Below are positions 26,545 through 29,507 of a stretch of DNA of 29,507 nucleotides, one piece after another. Each line of letters begins with the position of its first letter. The first letter of the stretch is position 1. Source of the stretch: Myxococcota bacterium (GTDB lineage Bacteria > Myxococcota_A > UBA796 > GCA-2862545); NCBI GenBank assembly GCA_039208735.1, contig JBCCQY010000111.1, positions 1 through 29,507 of the forward strand, in the 5' to 3' direction. Made by a program: the position numbers and the translations under genes. Below the pieces are notes generated by a model. The model saw only the letters and a program-made list of their open reading frames with translations, was not told where the DNA came from and ran no database searches.

Positions 26545-27615
26545 ATGATTCACACTTCGCCAACACCCGCGAGACTCACGGTTGCGCGCCTCTATCGAGG
26601 GCGAACAAAGCGTGAAGTTGCTCAAGCCCTCGAGGTGAGCCCGGCGGCGCTGACTCAGTACGAGAAGGGTCAACGCCGGCCATCAGAAGACGTACTGACC
26701 GAGCTGGCGCGCGTCCTAGAATTCCCAGTTAGGTTCTTCGGTCGTCCATCAACCCTCATGCCTCTGAAACCGAACTACCGATCCCTGTCGTCAGTCTCAC
26801 AGAAGCTTCGCAATTCCGTGGAGGCTGCCGCGGTCTTGTTCGAGGACTTCGTTGAGCGCGTTTGTGAACTCGCCGAGGTCTCGATCGCCCCTCCAACTGT
26901 TCCTGACTTGGGTCGACTAAGCCCCGAGGACGCAGCTCGCGATCTGCGCCGTCAGTGGTATCTGCCCGAGGGGCCCGTAGAGAACGTCGTGGCGCTCTTG
27001 GAGGAACACGGAGTCCTGGTTCGGCTCCTACATCCGCGCGACCGACAAATCGACGCCTTCAGCTACTGGACAGGAGAGCGTCCGCATGTGGTGTTGAACC
27101 CGGCAAAAGCGGACCCGTACCGTTCGAGGTTCGACGCAGCGCACGAGCTTGGTCACCTTGTTCGCGACCGGTCGGACCGAGAGCTCTCACACCGCGAGCT
27201 GGAACAGGAGGCGAACCGGTTCGCAGCAGAATTCCTGGTGCCCGGCGATGAGTGGCAATACACCACGAAGCCACCGCCTGGAGTGACTTCGCCACGAGCC
27301 CACTTGCGCGCCAAGGCAAAGTGGAAGGTTTCTATTGCGGCTCTGCTCTATCGTAGTCGGGCGACTAGGCGCTTGTCGGAGCCGGCGTACCGCTCCGCGA
27401 TGGTTCAGTACAGTCGGAGTGGGTTTCGCAGAGGCGAGCCCTCACCATGGGGGCGTCCAATTCCCCACGAGGTACCTACTCTCTTGGCCCGAGTAGACGA
27501 ACGGCTGATCGAGCAGGGTGTCGACGTCGAGTCGATTCGTGACGAACTCGGGCTTCCCCGAGATGCTTGGACCGAGTTCCGGGGCTTCGCGCCAACGACC
27601 GGAAGGCGCGCCTAG
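26545..27615 (+). CDS. XRE HTH fused to ImmA/IrrE-family metallopeptidase
   Basis: RLTVARLYRGRTKREVAQALEVSPAALTQYEKG; IDAFS; RSRFDAAHELGH (HExxH); EQEANRFAAEFLVP. Confidence 0.93.
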   Translation: MIHTSPTPARLTVARLYRGRTKREVAQALEVSPAALTQYEKGQRRPSEDVLTELARVLEFPVRFFGRPSTLMPLKPNYRSLSSVSQKLRNSVEAAAVLFEDFVERVCELAEVSIAPPTVPDLGRLSPEDAARDLRRQWYLPEGPVENVVALLEEHGVLVRLLHPRDRQIDAFSYWTGERPHVVLNPAKADPYRSRFDAAHELGHLVRDRSDRELSHRELEQEANRFAAEFLVPGDEWQYTTKPPPGVTSPRAHLRAKAKWKVSIAALLYRSRATRRLSEPAYRSAMVQYSRSGFRRGEPSPWGRPIPHEVPTLLARVDERLIEQGVDVESIRDELGLPRDAWTEFRGFAPTTGRRA

Positions 27616-27702
27616 CCGTCACCGCTCGCCCAGCGACGTCCGTTGTTCACTCGCCGCGCGCGGGACGAGTGACAGCAGATCTGTGAAAGGGCGGTCCCAG
27701 TT

Positions 27703-27832
27703 CTTCCGCTTCGGAACGGACGATGACCGCGTCGACGCAAAGGTGTAGCTGTTCATTTGGTGGAAGGAGCGGGCGCAGACGGGCGGTACCGATGCGGTCA
27801 ACAGCGCCCTCGAGCGGCTGCTCGGGTTGTGA
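27703..27832 (+). pseudogene. Remnant second copy of the terL 3' end
   Basis: Aligns ungapped to 24368-24497 with 13 mismatches in 130 bp; internal CAG>TAG stop. Confidence 0.92.
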
Positions 27833-27890
27833 CGTCACGCGATGTGAACGGCGGTGAACGGTGGCGTGCCACAATCCACGGGGAGGTGCC

Positions 27891-28973
27891 GTGGCCGAGC
27901 TGCCGGAGCCGCATGAGGGGATGACGCCGAGGGAGAAGGGCGAGCTGCTGAAGCGCTACCTTGTTGAGAGAATCTCGGTTGGTGGGTTGGACTTCAGCGG
28001 CGCTGATCTTGAGGGAGCTGACCTCGATGGAGCGAAGCTGAACGAGGTCAATCTAGCTAGCGCCAACCTCACAGGCGCTGACCTCTATGAGGCCGAGCTT
28101 GAAGGAGCCGAACTTCGAGGAGCAAGGCTCAACCAAGCCATGCTCGACCGCGCCAGTCTCATCGGAGCCAACCTCTTGGAGGTAGACCTCAGGGGGGCAA
28201 GTCTGCAAGGTTCCCAACTCCCTCTCGCCAATCTTCGATGGTCCAGGCTTCGAGGAGCCAAGCTCGAAGATTCGAACCTGGACAGGGTGAATCTTACGAA
28301 TCTGCCGAGTGTGCCTCGATCGATTGCTGATGTAATGAGGATGGAAGAGGCCTACGTAAATTGGCGTACTGTTGGCCGTATGCTCACCCTTCCCGATCCC
28401 GTTCACATCCTCTGTCGCACCGGCATGCCCCATGTCACCGCCACCTACATGGTCGACTCCCTCCGCTCCATCGACGCCACGGACTTGTTCACCATGTTGC
28501 AGTCGGTGTTCCTCTCCTATGGTCGCACGGACTCGGAGTTCGCCGAGCGCCTCCGCAACGAACTCACCGAGAACGGTGTCAAGACGTGGTACTTCCCTCG
28601 GGATGCCGTGCCTGGTGAACGGATCCACCGGAGCATCGAAGGCCACATCGCAAGCTACGACCGCATGGTCCTGTGCTGCTCAAAGGCATCCCTGGTTCGT
28701 CCAGCCGTGTTGCACGAGGTTTACAAGGTCATCGAGCGCGAACGGAAAACGTTCATGGCGGACATCCTCATTCCCGTGTTGATCGACGACGTCTTCGACA
28801 CCGGAAACACCGTACCCGAGTGGTGGCCAGCCAAGATGGGCGACCTGTACGAAGCGCTGCAGGAGCGTGTCGCCGCAGACTTCCGTGAAGCCGTCTACGA
28901 CGTGGCGAAGTGGAACGAGGAGCTTGGCAAGCTGCTCAAGGCGCTGCGGAAGCGCCCCGAAGGCGCCTCATAG
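27891..28973 (+). CDS. Pentapeptide-repeat plus TIR-domain protein
   Basis: GGAGG RBS and GTG 27891; ADLEGADLDGAKLNEVNLASANLTGADL...; TIR VFLSY...FAERLRNEL...GVKTW...PGE...VLCCSKASL...VLHEV...LIPV. Confidence 0.92.
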   Translation: MAELPEPHEGMTPREKGELLKRYLVERISVGGLDFSGADLEGADLDGAKLNEVNLASANLTGADLYEAELEGAELRGARLNQAMLDRASLIGANLLEVDLRGASLQGSQLPLANLRWSRLRGAKLEDSNLDRVNLTNLPSVPRSIADVMRMEEAYVNWRTVGRMLTLPDPVHILCRTGMPHVTATYMVDSLRSIDATDLFTMLQSVFLSYGRTDSEFAERLRNELTENGVKTWYFPRDAVPGERIHRSIEGHIASYDRMVLCCSKASLVRPAVLHEVYKVIERERKTFMADILIPVLIDDVFDTGNTVPEWWPAKMGDLYEALQERVAADFREAVYDVAKWNEELGKLLKALRKRPEGAS

Positions 28974-29055
28974 GCCATTCCCGAGGACGCAGGTCGATGA
29001 CCGCGAGTTGTCGTTCACGGTCCGCTGATCTACAATCTCCACGCTCCGGGACACC

Positions 29056-29249
29056 TCAGGGGGTCCTGGAAAACAACGGTTGGCCCTTGAGGTCTTCCGG
29101 CTCTTTGACAGCGTTGGTTGATGGTTGAAAATCCCCAAGCGGCGAACGCCCTTGGCGGTCGTTGCAAAGGGGTAAGAGGGTGAACAGAGGTGAGGTTCGC
29201 AAATCCGCCCTTGGAAGAAGGCGGTGAAGCTGCAATCTCAAGGGCCGCA
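29056..29249 (+). promoter_or_regulatory. Putative CRISPR leader
   Basis: Non-coding, relatively A/T-richer stretch (TTGACA, GAAAAT, GCAAAT) abutting the first perfect repeat. Confidence 0.6.
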
Positions 29250-29506
29250 GTCGCAGGCCTATGCGCGTGATGGAGCGCATTGAAACCTGGGCTGGGCGCC
29301 GAAGCGCCCGGAATGAAGAGAGTCGCAGGCCTATGCGCGTGATGGAGCGCATTGAAACAACCGGGTCACGATCCCTCGATGACCCTCACTACCTCTGGTC
29401 GCAGGCCTATGCGCGTGATGGAGCGCATTGAAACCAGAAGCTTCGAGCTGCTGTTGCAGGTACTGCAGAGTCGCAGGCCCGTGCGCGTGATGGAGCGCAT
29501 TGAAAC
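29250..29506 (+). CRISPR. CRISPR array, at least 4 repeats of 37 bp and 3 spacers (35, 39, 35 bp); runs to the window end
   Basis: GTCGCAGGCCTATGCGCGTGATGGAGCGCATTGAAAC at 29250, 29322, 29398 and 29470 (last has TA>CG); internal ATGCGC/GCGCAT stem; class 1-style ATTGAAAC 3' end. Confidence 0.97.
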
Positions 29507-29507
29507 C

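Noticed and set aside
27703..27832. DGR template/variable repeat pair with the terL 3' end
   Set aside because: Differences are mostly synonymous third-position changes, not adenine-specific, and there is no reverse transcriptase in the window.
29056..29352. 98-aa minus-strand ORF with repeated MRSITRIGLRL
   Set aside because: Translation of CRISPR repeats and leader.
29287..29469. Self-targeting of the prophage by the spacers
   Set aside because: By eye only 10-11-nt matches were found (e.g. CAGAAGCTTCG near 26800), as expected by chance; an exhaustive alignment was not possible.

Overview
High-GC window that is almost entirely the early and packaging half of a temperate (lambdoid-style) prophage, interrupted by accessory 'moron' blocks. 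Left to right: a 5'-truncated pentapeptide-repeat gene; a tightly coupled leftward early operon of small hypothetical genes headed by an ERF ssDNA-annealing gene; a divergent cI/cro-like XRE switch; a cell-envelope moron block; an HTH replication initiator containing nine palindromic iterons; a DnaB-like helicase, Bro-N antirepressor and RusA; a Panacea antitoxin pair; terS; an inserted TIGR04255 / HEAT-like / ART-like three-gene operon; and terL. Where the portal gene would normally follow, there are two stacked defence-like cassettes. The first holds an AbiU2-like HEPN, a GIY-YIG-like gene, a Zn-ribbon gene and an XRE-ImmA fusion. The second holds a pentapeptide-TIR gene and a leader plus CRISPR array running off the end. 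A ~90%-identical dead copy of the terL 3' end separates them. No integrase, portal, capsid, tail, lysis or cas gene is recognisable. All family calls come from motif recognition by eye, without database searches.
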